From: Myxococcota bacterium
GTDB lineage: Bacteria; Myxococcota; Myxococcia; Myxococcales; Myxococcaceae
DNA length: 64,000 nt
Direction of reading: 5' to 3'
Assembly: GCA_048498275.1 (NCBI GenBank)
Contig: JBEHYH010000001.1
Span: forward strand, 4,876-68,875
Positions 52,982 to 62,321 of this stretch are shown piece after piece. The translations under genes and the position numbers were made by a program. The notes below the pieces were generated by a model that saw only the letters and a list, made by a program, of their open reading frames with translations, did no database searches and had not been told where the DNA came from. Each line of letters starts with the position of its first letter. Position 1 is the first letter of the stretch.

Positions 52982-53439
52982 TCACACGCCGGTGAAGAGT
53001 TGAACGGCCATGAAGAACGCCACGCTCCCGGCGATGATCAACAAGATCAATCGCGAGGCGAGGAGATCGCTGTCGTTTCGAGTGATGGTTTTCATGCCCA
53101 TTCGCGACTGCATTTCGCGCGCCTGAGTACGCGAAGCGCTGCACGTGCACCCGATGACGAACACGTCGATTTGGCTCCATCGACGCGTTCATTTTGAGTG
53201 ACAAAGGGTGCCCCTCCGCGCCGGACAGGCGAAGAAAGTTCACCGATGTGCGCGGCGACCGGCGGAGCGATTCATCGTCGCTGCACCGCCGGAAACGCCT
53301 CCCGCACAGGGCCTGAAAACGGGCGTACCGGTCACATTCCCGCTGAGACGAATTTTTCAAAATCACCGTGCGCAGAACTTCGCTCGGGGATTTCGCGAGC
53401 TGCTTTTCGCTCCGGCTGCATGAGACACTGACCGGCTTC

Positions 53440-56400
53440 ATGCCGCTGACCAGACGCCTGCTGCTGTCGGCCATCGTCCTTTTCTCCGCGTGTGAACCCG
53501 TTCCCAAAGTCGTCGAGTCGGGCTTCATGATGGCCGACGATTCGTTCGCGTTCGCGAACTTCGCGTACGGCGAACCGCAGGCGTACGTCGACCCTCCGTC
53601 GATGATTCGGCTCTTCGGCGACGGCGTGTGCACGGGTGGAAATACAGAGCCGTGCATCCTCACGCCGATGGCGCAGGCGTGGATGTCGAACGCGAACACG
53701 TTGATGAACGGGGGGCGCTGCGAAGGGTTCGCGGTGAGTTCGACGTTGTTCTTCACGGGCGATTTGAAGGCGGCTGATTTCGGCGCCGACAACGTTCGCA
53801 AACTGAAGATCGCCGACAGCCCGGAACTGCAGCGCGAGCTCGCGTATTGGTTCTCTTCTCAGCTCGCGAACGAGACGGTGACGAAGCAGACCGAAGTGCA
53901 CTTCGCGAAAGACGTGTTGCCGTTCCTCGCGAAGGTGCTCGCGAAAGATTCGACCGAGCGCTACCGGCTCGGCATCGCGAAGAAGAGCGGCAGCGCGCTG
54001 GTCGGCGGGCACTCGCTCACGATGATCGGGTACTACGAAGATTCGAAAGAAGCCGGCGTGTATTGGCTGCGCGTCTACGACAGCAACAACCCCGACACCG
54101 AGCGCGCGGTTCGCATCGACACGAAGAAGAACGAGTGGTCGTACGAAGCGGCGCGCAACCCGAAGGAACGTTCGAGCCTCTACGTCGGCAACGACGCGAA
54201 TCAGAACCCGATGTTCTTCTCACCGGTGCGTTCGCGGCTCGGCGTGAAGGCGTGCCCGTTCTGTACGGAGAACTCCGGCGCGCAGGTGCTCACGCAAGGC
54301 GGCGTGCAGGCGATCGCCGATGACGGGTCAGGTGCTGCGGGGCTTCGCGATGGTCAGTTGGTCTCGACGAGCTCGAGCTCCGCGGGGTTCACGTTCTCGG
54401 GCCTCGATGAAGATGCGCCGGCCGTCGTCATCAATACGAAGGCGGCGACGAGGCTCGATGTGTCGCTCGCTCCGAGTGGTGAAGATCTCGGCGCGGTGAG
54501 CAGCATCGGCCCGGGCTTCGCGGTGACGCTCGATGGGCTCGCGTTGAAGACGGGCACCGACACGCTGCAACTGCGCGCGAGTGGTTCTGACGTCACGTTC
54601 AACAACGGCTCGCGCACGTCGTTCGGTCTCACGTCGGCGCTGCCGCGTTCGACCGGGTCGATTCAGGTGACCACGCGCATCGAAGGCGGTTCGAATTCGG
54701 TGAAGCAGAACATCGACCCGGCGAGCGGCGAGCTCACGCTCACCACCGCGGGCGCGATGGGTTCGACGGTGACGGTGATCGTCTCGGCGACTGACCTGAC
54801 CGGCGCGCAGAAGTCGGGGCAGCTCACCTTCAACGGCGGCGACGCGCAGACGCTCACCGTCGCGGGCAACGCGCTCGAGACCGGAGCCGCGCTGCAGGGT
54901 TCGCTCGTCACCGACGGCGACACGTCGACCGTTTCCGACAGTTGCGCGAATGGCACGAAAGACGGAACCGAGAGCGACATCGACTGCGGAGGCACCTGCG
55001 CGACGAAGTGTCCGCTTGCCGCGGCGTGCACGGCGACGACCGACTGCGCTTCGGGTTTCTGTCACGCGACCGCGAACGTCTGCGTCGAGAGCGCGTGCGT
55101 CGATGGGCAGCAGAACGCCGGCGAAACCGATGTCGATTGCGGCGGCGCGTGTAACGGCTGCGCTGATGGCAAACCGTGCACGCAGAACAGCGACTGCAGC
55201 TCCGGCGTGTGTGGAGGCACCACGTGTTCGACGAGCTTCTCCATCGGCGTCGCGGTGAGCGGTCTGCGCGGCACGCCCATCGTGCTCAGCAACAACGGCA
55301 CCGACACCATCAGCCCGAGCACCGACGGCAGCTACGCGTTCCCCACCCGCATCGTCGGCGCGTACGAGGTCACCATCGAACAGCAGCCGGCGAACGCGAC
55401 GTGCGTGTTGAGCGACGAGACCGGCATCGCGTCGGCGAGCTCGCTCGTCACCGTGACCTGCACGCCGAAGTTGTCGGTCGGAGGCACGCTGTCTGGTCTG
55501 CCCGCGGGCCAGAGCGTGACGCTGCACAGCTCCACCGGTGAAGACCTCGCGCTCGATGAAGACGGCGCCTACGTGTTCTCGCAGTTGTTCGGCGGCTCGT
55601 ACGAAGTGACCATCGCGACGCAGCCCGCGGAGGGAACCTGCACGATCGCCAACAGCAGCGCGTCGATCAGCGCAGACGTCACCGACGTCGACGTGACGTG
55701 TACATCGAACTTCTCCATCGCCGGCACCGTGAGTGGCTTGCCCGCGACCGAGACGGTCACGCTGCTCAACAACGGCATCGACCCGACGCTGGTGAGCGCG
55801 AACACCGGGTTCACCTTCCCCGAACGTGTCGTCGACTACGACGTGACGGTCGGCACGCAGCCCACCAATGCCCGCTGCGCCGTCGCGAATGGTTCGGGCA
55901 CGGCGAGCGCCGATGTCTCGAACGTCGCCGTCACGTGCATGGGTACGGTGACCATCGGCGGCAGCGTCACCGGCCTGCCGTCGGGCGATTCGTTCGACGT
56001 TCATGATTCGGCGAGCGGCACGAACGCGCACGTCACGGGCAACACCACGTTCACGATGCCGACCCCGCTGCTCGACTACCAACTGAGCATCATCAACCTG
56101 ACGTCGGCGAGCGGCGCGAGCTGCATCGTTCAGAACGGCACGGGGACTTCAGCGCTCGGCGCCGTGACCAACGTGCAGGTGCTCTGCGGCTACGCGGTGA
56201 GCGGCAACATCAGCGGCTACGGCAACACGCACCCGGCCGACCCGAACTACCTCTTCTCTTTGCAGCTCAATGGCACCGAGACGGTGACGCCCGCGGTTGG
56301 CGCCTCGACGTACAACTTCGCGACGCCGGTCAGCTCGTATTCCATCGCAGTGACGCAGCAGCCGCTCGACGGTTGGTGCACGGTGAGCGCGACGACGGGT

Positions 56401-57570
56401 ACCGCGAGCGCTCCGGTGAACGTCGATGTGAACTGCGCGCAGTCGGGCACGAGAGAGCGCTACCTCGCCGGCTCCGCGCCGTTCGAGAACGAGTTCAAGG
56501 CCGTCGCGCTCGGGCTGAACGGTTCCTCGATTCTCGTCGGCCGCAATCAGCTCTCGGCGACCGACGACTCGTGGCATCTGCAGAAGCTCACCGCCGCGGG
56601 CGCGAGCGACACCACGTTCGCCGACACGGGCACACTCGACTTCAACCCCGGTGACGGGCTCGGAGAATTCGCGACGGCAGTCGCTCCGAATTCGACCGGA
56701 GGGTTCGTCATCGGCGGCCGCTTCACCGGCGACGCCGGGTTCGACATCGGGCTGGTGAGCGTGAACGCAGCCGGAGATGTGCTCGCCACCGTCACCGACG
56801 ATCTCGCGGGCAGCGATGAAACGGTCGCGGGCGTCATCGCGCTCCCGAGCGGCTCGTTCATCGTCGCGGGTTCGACGAGCGCAGGCGCGACGTCAGACCT
56901 CTTCATCGCGAAGTACACGAGCGCCGGCGTTCGCGACGCGACGTTCGGAACCAACGGCGTCACCTTCTTCGGAGGCGTCGGCACCGAACACGCCGCCGCG
57001 CTCGTTCAAGATTCGAACGGCAAATTCATCGTCGTCGGCAGCGCAGGCAACGCCTCACTCGTGGTGCGCTTCGACGGCACCGGCGCATTCGAGACGAGCT
57101 TCAACCCCGACTTGAGTCTCGCCGGCCGCGCGAACGCACTCACCAGCGTCGCCGCGCTCGCGAACGGGCAGCTCCTCATCGGCGGCTGGCAGACCGCGGC
57201 CGACTCGACGCAAGACTTCGCCGTGGCGCGGCTCAACACCACCGGAGCGCTCGACACCACCTTCGGCACCAACGGCGTCTTCACGCAGAGCTTCGGCGCC
57301 GCCGCCGCTCAAGTGCGCGCGGTCGGCTTCAACGCTCGAGGCCGTCTGTATCTCGCGGGCATCAGCGGCAATGACGGCGTCATCGGCGCGCTCACCTCGA
57401 GCGGCGCAACCGACGTCGACTTCGCGACCACCGGCTTCGCGGTCGACAATCAATACGGCGTCACCACCTACAACGGGCTCGCCGTCGACGCGTTCGGTCA
57501 CGTGCAGCTCGCCGGTTCACTCGGCGACGTCACCTCGAGCGACTTCTCTTTCATCTGGTTCTTCCAATGA
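53440..57570 (+). CDS. Giant lipoprotein (1376 aa): Cys-peptidase-like N-domain, Cys-knot modules, five two-Cys beta modules, delta-60-repeat C-terminal region
   Basis: MPLTRRLLLSAIVLFSAC lipobox. Candidate triad NGGRCEGFAV / GGHSLTMIGYY / VYDSNNPD. 2x DG.E.D.DCGG.C..C. Five ~80-aa repeats ending V.V.C. Repeated D.TFG.NG motifs. Confidence 0.75.
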   Translation: MPLTRRLLLSAIVLFSACEPVPKVVESGFMMADDSFAFANFAYGEPQAYVDPPSMIRLFGDGVCTGGNTEPCILTPMAQAWMSNANTLMNGGRCEGFAVSSTLFFTGDLKAADFGADNVRKLKIADSPELQRELAYWFSSQLANETVTKQTEVHFAKDVLPFLAKVLAKDSTERYRLGIAKKSGSALVGGHSLTMIGYYEDSKEAGVYWLRVYDSNNPDTERAVRIDTKKNEWSYEAARNPKERSSLYVGNDANQNPMFFSPVRSRLGVKACPFCTENSGAQVLTQGGVQAIADDGSGAAGLRDGQLVSTSSSSAGFTFSGLDEDAPAVVINTKAATRLDVSLAPSGEDLGAVSSIGPGFAVTLDGLALKTGTDTLQLRASGSDVTFNNGSRTSFGLTSALPRSTGSIQVTTRIEGGSNSVKQNIDPASGELTLTTAGAMGSTVTVIVSATDLTGAQKSGQLTFNGGDAQTLTVAGNALETGAALQGSLVTDGDTSTVSDSCANGTKDGTESDIDCGGTCATKCPLAAACTATTDCASGFCHATANVCVESACVDGQQNAGETDVDCGGACNGCADGKPCTQNSDCSSGVCGGTTCSTSFSIGVAVSGLRGTPIVLSNNGTDTISPSTDGSYAFPTRIVGAYEVTIEQQPANATCVLSDETGIASASSLVTVTCTPKLSVGGTLSGLPAGQSVTLHSSTGEDLALDEDGAYVFSQLFGGSYEVTIATQPAEGTCTIANSSASISADVTDVDVTCTSNFSIAGTVSGLPATETVTLLNNGIDPTLVSANTGFTFPERVVDYDVTVGTQPTNARCAVANGSGTASADVSNVAVTCMGTVTIGGSVTGLPSGDSFDVHDSASGTNAHVTGNTTFTMPTPLLDYQLSIINLTSASGASCIVQNGTGTSALGAVTNVQVLCGYAVSGNISGYGNTHPADPNYLFSLQLNGTETVTPAVGASTYNFATPVSSYSIAVTQQPLDGWCTVSATTGTASAPVNVDVNCAQSGTRERYLAGSAPFENEFKAVALGLNGSSILVGRNQLSATDDSWHLQKLTAAGASDTTFADTGTLDFNPGDGLGEFATAVAPNSTGGFVIGGRFTGDAGFDIGLVSVNAAGDVLATVTDDLAGSDETVAGVIALPSGSFIVAGSTSAGATSDLFIAKYTSAGVRDATFGTNGVTFFGGVGTEHAAALVQDSNGKFIVVGSAGNASLVVRFDGTGAFETSFNPDLSLAGRANALTSVAALANGQLLIGGWQTAADSTQDFAVARLNTTGALDTTFGTNGVFTQSFGAAAAQVRAVGFNARGRLYLAGISGNDGVIGALTSSGATDVDFATTGFAVDNQYGVTTYNGLAVDAFGHVQLAGSLGDVTSSDFSFIWFFQ
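55229..56445 (+). repeat. Five tandem ~80-aa coding modules (Y.V.V..QP....C.V.N..G.....V..V.V.C)
   Basis: Read from the translation: ...AYEVTIEQQPANATCVLSD...VTVTC; ...SYEVTIATQPAEGTCTIAN...VDVTC; ...DYDVTVGTQPTNARCAVAN...VAVTC; and two more. Confidence 0.8.
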
Positions 57571-60500
57571 CGCGGAGCTTCCCCATGCGGATCTCGCCCC
57601 TCGCCGTGCTCGTGCTCGCTGCGTGCGGCAACACCGAGTACCAACCGCCTGTCTTCAACGCGTACGACCCGACGATTCAATGTCAGGCCGGCTTCGTGGG
57701 TTGGGACTTCTCGACCGGCGGTGCGTTCGGGCAAGACATCACCAGCGCGAAGATCAGCAACGAGCTGCAGATCGTCGAAGCGACATTCGGCGCGAGCTGC
57801 GGTCTCACCGACGGCAACTGGACCGACGTGTTCGCCGCCACCTGCAACGGCAACCTGAGCTGCAGCCGCAAGGTGTTGGAGACGGGCGACGTAAACCCCA
57901 AAACCGGCTGCGCGAAGTCGTTCACCGTGAAGTACCGCTGCGGTGATGAACCGGCCGTGTACCAGACCGACCTGCCCGCGGCCACGAGCACCGACGCCAC
58001 CACCGTCTCGCTCGCGTGCAACGACAAGATGACCATCAAGCGCGTCAGCTACGGCGCGAACTGCAAAGCGAGCCTCGCCAACAACTTCACGACGCCCATC
58101 GCTGATGCGTGCAACGGCCTGCGTCGCTGCAAGCTGCCCAAGGTCAGCGGCGGCTACTTCAGCGGCGACCTCGCGCCGAACTGCAACAAGAAGACCGAAG
58201 TGGTCTTCCTCTGCGGAGACGACCCGACCGAGAACACCACCACGTGGAACGACACCGACATCGGCGACTTCACCTGCCCTCCGCGGCAGACGGTGCTCGG
58301 CACGAACGACAGCATTCGCATTCTCAGCGCGACGTACGGCACCAACTGTGGCGGCGCGACCAACAACATCAAGTCGTGGGTCGAGGGCCCGTGCGCCGGC
58401 AGAGCCGCGTGCCTCACGACGCTCGCCCCGGTCGGCTTCGATCCATGCCCGAACGTGCGCAAAGACCTCGCGGTTCAATACACCTGCGGCAACGAAGGCA
58501 TCACGTACACGAAGAAGGTGCTCCAGCAGTCGCAGGCGCAGTTCACGCTTTACTGCGGCGACATCATTCACATCGCTGAAGCGAGCTACGGCAAGAACTG
58601 CAACGCCGCGAACGCGAACAACCTGAGGCCCTCGATCGCGGGGAGCTGTGAAGGCAAACGCTTCTGCGGGCCGGGCGCGCCCAACAACCTGATTCCCGAC
58701 CCTGCGGTCGGCTGCGTGAAGACCGCGAACCTCCGCTGGTCGTGCGGTGACGAGCCGGCCATCTTCTCGAAAGACTTCGCCGAGACCGACCTCATTCAGC
58801 TCGAGTGTCAGGTCGCGCGTCAGACGCCGGGCCCCGCGTCGGGCATTCGCATCGAGAAGGCGACGTTCGGGCAGAACTGCGACGCCGGCATCAGCAACAA
58901 CGCGTATACGCAGGCGACGCAGCAGTGCTTCGGCAAACCGCTCTGCAGCTTCGCGGCGAGCGCTGCGGGGGTGCCCGACCCGGCGTACGGCTGCCAGAAG
59001 GCGCTGTCGGTCGACTACACGTGCGGCGAAGACGTCGAAGTGCGGAACGCGACGGTGCCCGCGAATCAAGAGGGCACCGCGGCGCAACTGCTGTGCGGGC
59101 CGGCAATTCACGTGACGAGCGCGACGTGGGGCCTCAACGTGAACGCCTCGTTCGCCGGCAACGCGACCGATGACGTGCGCCAGACCTGCGAAGGCCATCT
59201 CAGCCGTTGCACGTACGTCGTCAAAGACCTCGTCGACCCGTCGTACGGCCAGCAGAAAGACTTCACCATCAAGTACACCTGCGGCCCCGACCCGAAGGTG
59301 TACAGCGCGTCGCTCGCGAAGCCGGCCGACAACCTCCCGCTCACCTTCGAGTGTCCCACGCCGACGACGCCGTATGTCGACAAGGCGTGCGTGCCCGAGC
59401 GTTGCTACGACAACCAGCGGCGCGATCAGCGGTTGCAGTGCGTGAACGACAACTCGCTGCCGAACCTCGGCGTCATCACCGCTTCGGCCTTCACCGCGAC
59501 GGGCGCCAACGGCTACGTGCTGCGCGCCCTCGCCGAGAATCAGGCCTACAACCTCGCGCTGCGAATACAACGGGCTGACCGCTCGGTCGTGGCGGTGAAC
59601 TATTCGGCAGACGCGGGCACGGTGGTGCCGGTGAGCCCGGCGGCCATCTGGGTGAGCGACCAGTTCACGCACATCCCCGGGACGCCGTACGCCCTCGGCC
59701 TCGAAACGGTGCCCGCCTACCGCTGTCTCATCGGCACGACGTCGATCAAGGCCATCAACGCCACGCAGTATGCCGCCGACATCAACAACGCAGTCATCTC
59801 ACCCAGCTGTTTCGGGTCGCGCATCTCGTCATGGCGCGACGCCGCCCGCCGCGTGCGGTGGACAGAGGCCGACTTCCGCCGGTCGTACACGATGGACGAG
59901 ACGAAGCATGAGGTGCGCGTCTCGTTCGACCCCGAAGGCCGCGCCATCGCGTGGCGCTACAACGGCGGCGCGGGCGATCAGCACCTCGTGCCGAACCCCA
60001 TCGGCATGTTCTACGACCCGACGCGGCTGTGGGCCGATTTCTATTCGTACTACTCGCAGACCGAGCTCAAGACGACACACCCGTCGGTCGGTGGCTTCGG
60101 TTCGATGGGGTACACGTTCTTCACCAACCACACGCTCGAGGTCCTCGCGCAGGAGGCGACCCTGCGCGACACGATGGTGACCATTCCCCTGTTCGACCCG
60201 GGCGAGACCTCGATCGATCTCGATTTCGTGTGGTCGATGCAGAACGACTCGCCGGGCAAGAACCCGTTCTCGCCCACCGGCACTCCGGTGTCGTCGGCGG
60301 TGCAGACCCTGGCGCAGCGCCACTTCGGCGCCACCGTCGAGTTCGCGCTCGATTCTGCGTACCAGAGCCGTGCGTCGGGTTCGCAGTGGGTGAACGCGGT
60401 CGACACGCAGATCGTCAATCGCTCGACGACGCAACCTGACACGCAGCTCTCTGGCGGGCTCGCCACCGGCAAGTCGGAACACATTCGCGTGAGCTTCACC

Positions 60501-62321
60501 AACACGCTCCGCGACCGCCTGTGGAAGCCGTGGAACGGCGCGATCGGCAGCTCGAGCAACTACGGGTGGAATGGCACCACCGGCCACGAAGCCGACATGA
60601 CGCTGCTGCGCGTACGCGTGTGCCTCAACGCCGATGGCTTCAGCGCGCCTCCGTACAGCGCGAACCAGTACCCGAGCGGCGTCACCGTGCAGCGCGGAGG
60701 CGAATACTGGGACCTCGCGCCGACCCGACAATGCGCGGTCTCCCCGCAGGTGTTGATCGTCAAACGCGATCGACTCCTCCACTCGTCACCCGTCACGAAG
60801 AATCAGGACAGCAGCGAGACCGGCAATTCGAACGACCAGGGTGACTCGAACGCCAGCACCAAGAACGACAACGGCAGCGAGACCGGCTGCGGCACCGACG
60901 CGGGCTCCACGACCTGCGGGTCGACCGACAAGAGCACGCTGGTCAGCGGCGGTCAGGGCGGCCGCAGCTTGATGGACAATCAGACCTTCACCCAGGGAGG
61001 CAACGACACCGCGGGCAACGGCAGCGTCACCGTCGGCGCGCGCACCGAGCTGCTCGGCTTCAACGTCATCAACAGCGACGCCGACAACACGCCGTCAGCC
61101 AAGCCGTTGAACCTCGGTTGGCAGTCGTTCGATTCCATCGCGCCCAAGCCCAACTGGGGCAACATCTACAAGCGACTGAAGCAGGCGTATTCCGGCACCA
61201 GCGCTGCTTCGCCGTTCAAGCCGGAGATTGGCGAATGGTCGAAGCGGCCGAAGTACCCGGGCATAGGCATCGGCTTCGCGTACACATACCTGTGGTCGAT
61301 CGGCCCGGTGCCGGTGATGCTCGAATTCAAGTTCGGCATCCACGCCGGTCTCGGCGGGCCCGCGAGCTTCACGATGCGGCGTCTGCCCTCGTCGTCCTCC
61401 GACCCCGTCGACTACCCGTGCATCAGCAACACCAGCGCGAAATGTCTGATCCTCTCGAGCGAGCAACAGCAGCAGGAAATCGCGCGCACCAACTGCCGCG
61501 TTCGTGGTGGGCGACTGGTGGAGCTCGATTCGCAGGCCGCAGTGACCGCAGCACAGACGCGCGCCGCTTCGGCCAATGAAGAGTTCTGGGTGGGTGGGCA
61601 GCTCGCGTACGGGTTCGCCGATTCGCGCTGCGCGTTGCCCGGCGCCGACCTGAACCTGTGCGCCAACGCGAGCAACACCTTCTTCGAGTGGACTGATTCG
61701 CAGACTCCGTTCGCGTCGATGAACGGCAGATCGAGCCAGCTGGTGATGACCGGCATCGACGCGGGGAGCTGGGGCGGCGTGCAGGGCGACCTCACCGGCC
61801 TCACCACCGCGGTGCCCTCCCCCGCGCAGGTCGCCTTCCGCGCGAGCAACCGGCGCCTGACGACCTATGCGCAGAGCACGGCCAAGAAGCTCAGGTATCT
61901 CTGCGAGTACGACCCGGCACCCGCAGCCTACGGTTACACGTACACGCTGACGGCGGGCCTCGACATGGGCGTCGGGTTCGGGTTCTCGGTGTGCGTACCG
62001 AGCAGCGAACTGGGCGTGTGTCTGGTCGCCGCGATCGACCTCATGCAGATGTCGATCGACTACAACCACGCCGTCACGAAGTGGACGCTGCTCGACAGCC
62101 CGAATGGCCGCCGCATCGGCACGCGCACGAACACGAACAACAACGCGTACTGGGAGACTCGGTTCCTGACCGGTGAGATCTCAGCCGAGCTCCACACGTT
62201 CTTCATCAACCTGAAGTGGACCATCGTCCGCTTCAACGGCATCCAGACGTTGATCGGCAACGGCACCGATCTCCGGGTCAAACTCTACGAAGCCAACTTC
62301 CCCTCGCGGAGCAACCAATGA
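57567..62321 (+). CDS. Giant lipoprotein (1584 aa) with six SUEL/rhamnose-binding-lectin-like modules and a C-type-lectin-like insert
   Basis: ATGA overlap with the upstream stop. MRISPLAVLVLAAC lipobox. Six modules I...A.[YFW]G.NC....C.G...C.....DP..GC.K...V.Y.CG. Near the C-terminus ..C...GG.LVELDS......EFWVGG...FFEWTD. Confidence 0.75.
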   Translation: MTRSFPMRISPLAVLVLAACGNTEYQPPVFNAYDPTIQCQAGFVGWDFSTGGAFGQDITSAKISNELQIVEATFGASCGLTDGNWTDVFAATCNGNLSCSRKVLETGDVNPKTGCAKSFTVKYRCGDEPAVYQTDLPAATSTDATTVSLACNDKMTIKRVSYGANCKASLANNFTTPIADACNGLRRCKLPKVSGGYFSGDLAPNCNKKTEVVFLCGDDPTENTTTWNDTDIGDFTCPPRQTVLGTNDSIRILSATYGTNCGGATNNIKSWVEGPCAGRAACLTTLAPVGFDPCPNVRKDLAVQYTCGNEGITYTKKVLQQSQAQFTLYCGDIIHIAEASYGKNCNAANANNLRPSIAGSCEGKRFCGPGAPNNLIPDPAVGCVKTANLRWSCGDEPAIFSKDFAETDLIQLECQVARQTPGPASGIRIEKATFGQNCDAGISNNAYTQATQQCFGKPLCSFAASAAGVPDPAYGCQKALSVDYTCGEDVEVRNATVPANQEGTAAQLLCGPAIHVTSATWGLNVNASFAGNATDDVRQTCEGHLSRCTYVVKDLVDPSYGQQKDFTIKYTCGPDPKVYSASLAKPADNLPLTFECPTPTTPYVDKACVPERCYDNQRRDQRLQCVNDNSLPNLGVITASAFTATGANGYVLRALAENQAYNLALRIQRADRSVVAVNYSADAGTVVPVSPAAIWVSDQFTHIPGTPYALGLETVPAYRCLIGTTSIKAINATQYAADINNAVISPSCFGSRISSWRDAARRVRWTEADFRRSYTMDETKHEVRVSFDPEGRAIAWRYNGGAGDQHLVPNPIGMFYDPTRLWADFYSYYSQTELKTTHPSVGGFGSMGYTFFTNHTLEVLAQEATLRDTMVTIPLFDPGETSIDLDFVWSMQNDSPGKNPFSPTGTPVSSAVQTLAQRHFGATVEFALDSAYQSRASGSQWVNAVDTQIVNRSTTQPDTQLSGGLATGKSEHIRVSFTNTLRDRLWKPWNGAIGSSSNYGWNGTTGHEADMTLLRVRVCLNADGFSAPPYSANQYPSGVTVQRGGEYWDLAPTRQCAVSPQVLIVKRDRLLHSSPVTKNQDSSETGNSNDQGDSNASTKNDNGSETGCGTDAGSTTCGSTDKSTLVSGGQGGRSLMDNQTFTQGGNDTAGNGSVTVGARTELLGFNVINSDADNTPSAKPLNLGWQSFDSIAPKPNWGNIYKRLKQAYSGTSAASPFKPEIGEWSKRPKYPGIGIGFAYTYLWSIGPVPVMLEFKFGIHAGLGGPASFTMRRLPSSSSDPVDYPCISNTSAKCLILSSEQQQQEIARTNCRVRGGRLVELDSQAAVTAAQTRAASANEEFWVGGQLAYGFADSRCALPGADLNLCANASNTFFEWTDSQTPFASMNGRSSQLVMTGIDAGSWGGVQGDLTGLTTAVPSPAQVAFRASNRRLTTYAQSTAKKLRYLCEYDPAPAAYGYTYTLTAGLDMGVGFGFSVCVPSSELGVCLVAAIDLMQMSIDYNHAVTKWTLLDSPNGRRIGTRTNTNNNAYWETRFLTGEISAELHTFFINLKWTIVRFNGIQTLIGNGTDLRVKLYEANFPSRSNQ
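57750..59300 (+). repeat. Six tandem SUEL-lectin-like coding modules (~85-95 aa each)
   Basis: IVEATFGASCG..KYRCGDEP; IKRVSYGANCK..VFLCGDDP; IRILSATYGTNCG..QYTCGNEG; IHIAEASYGKNCN..RWSCGDEP; IRIEKATFGQNCD..DYTCGEDV; IHVTSATWGLNVN..KYTCGPDP. Confidence 0.8.

Noticed and set aside
54328-56082. 584-aa minus-strand ORF inside the 1376-aa lipoprotein gene
   Set aside because: Shadow ORF. The plus-strand frame carries the lipobox, the Cys modules and the repeats.
57498-62069. Series of long minus-strand ORFs (57498-59672, 59829-60782, 61095-62069)
   Set aside because: All are antisense to the lectin lipoprotein gene, Arg-rich and without motifs.
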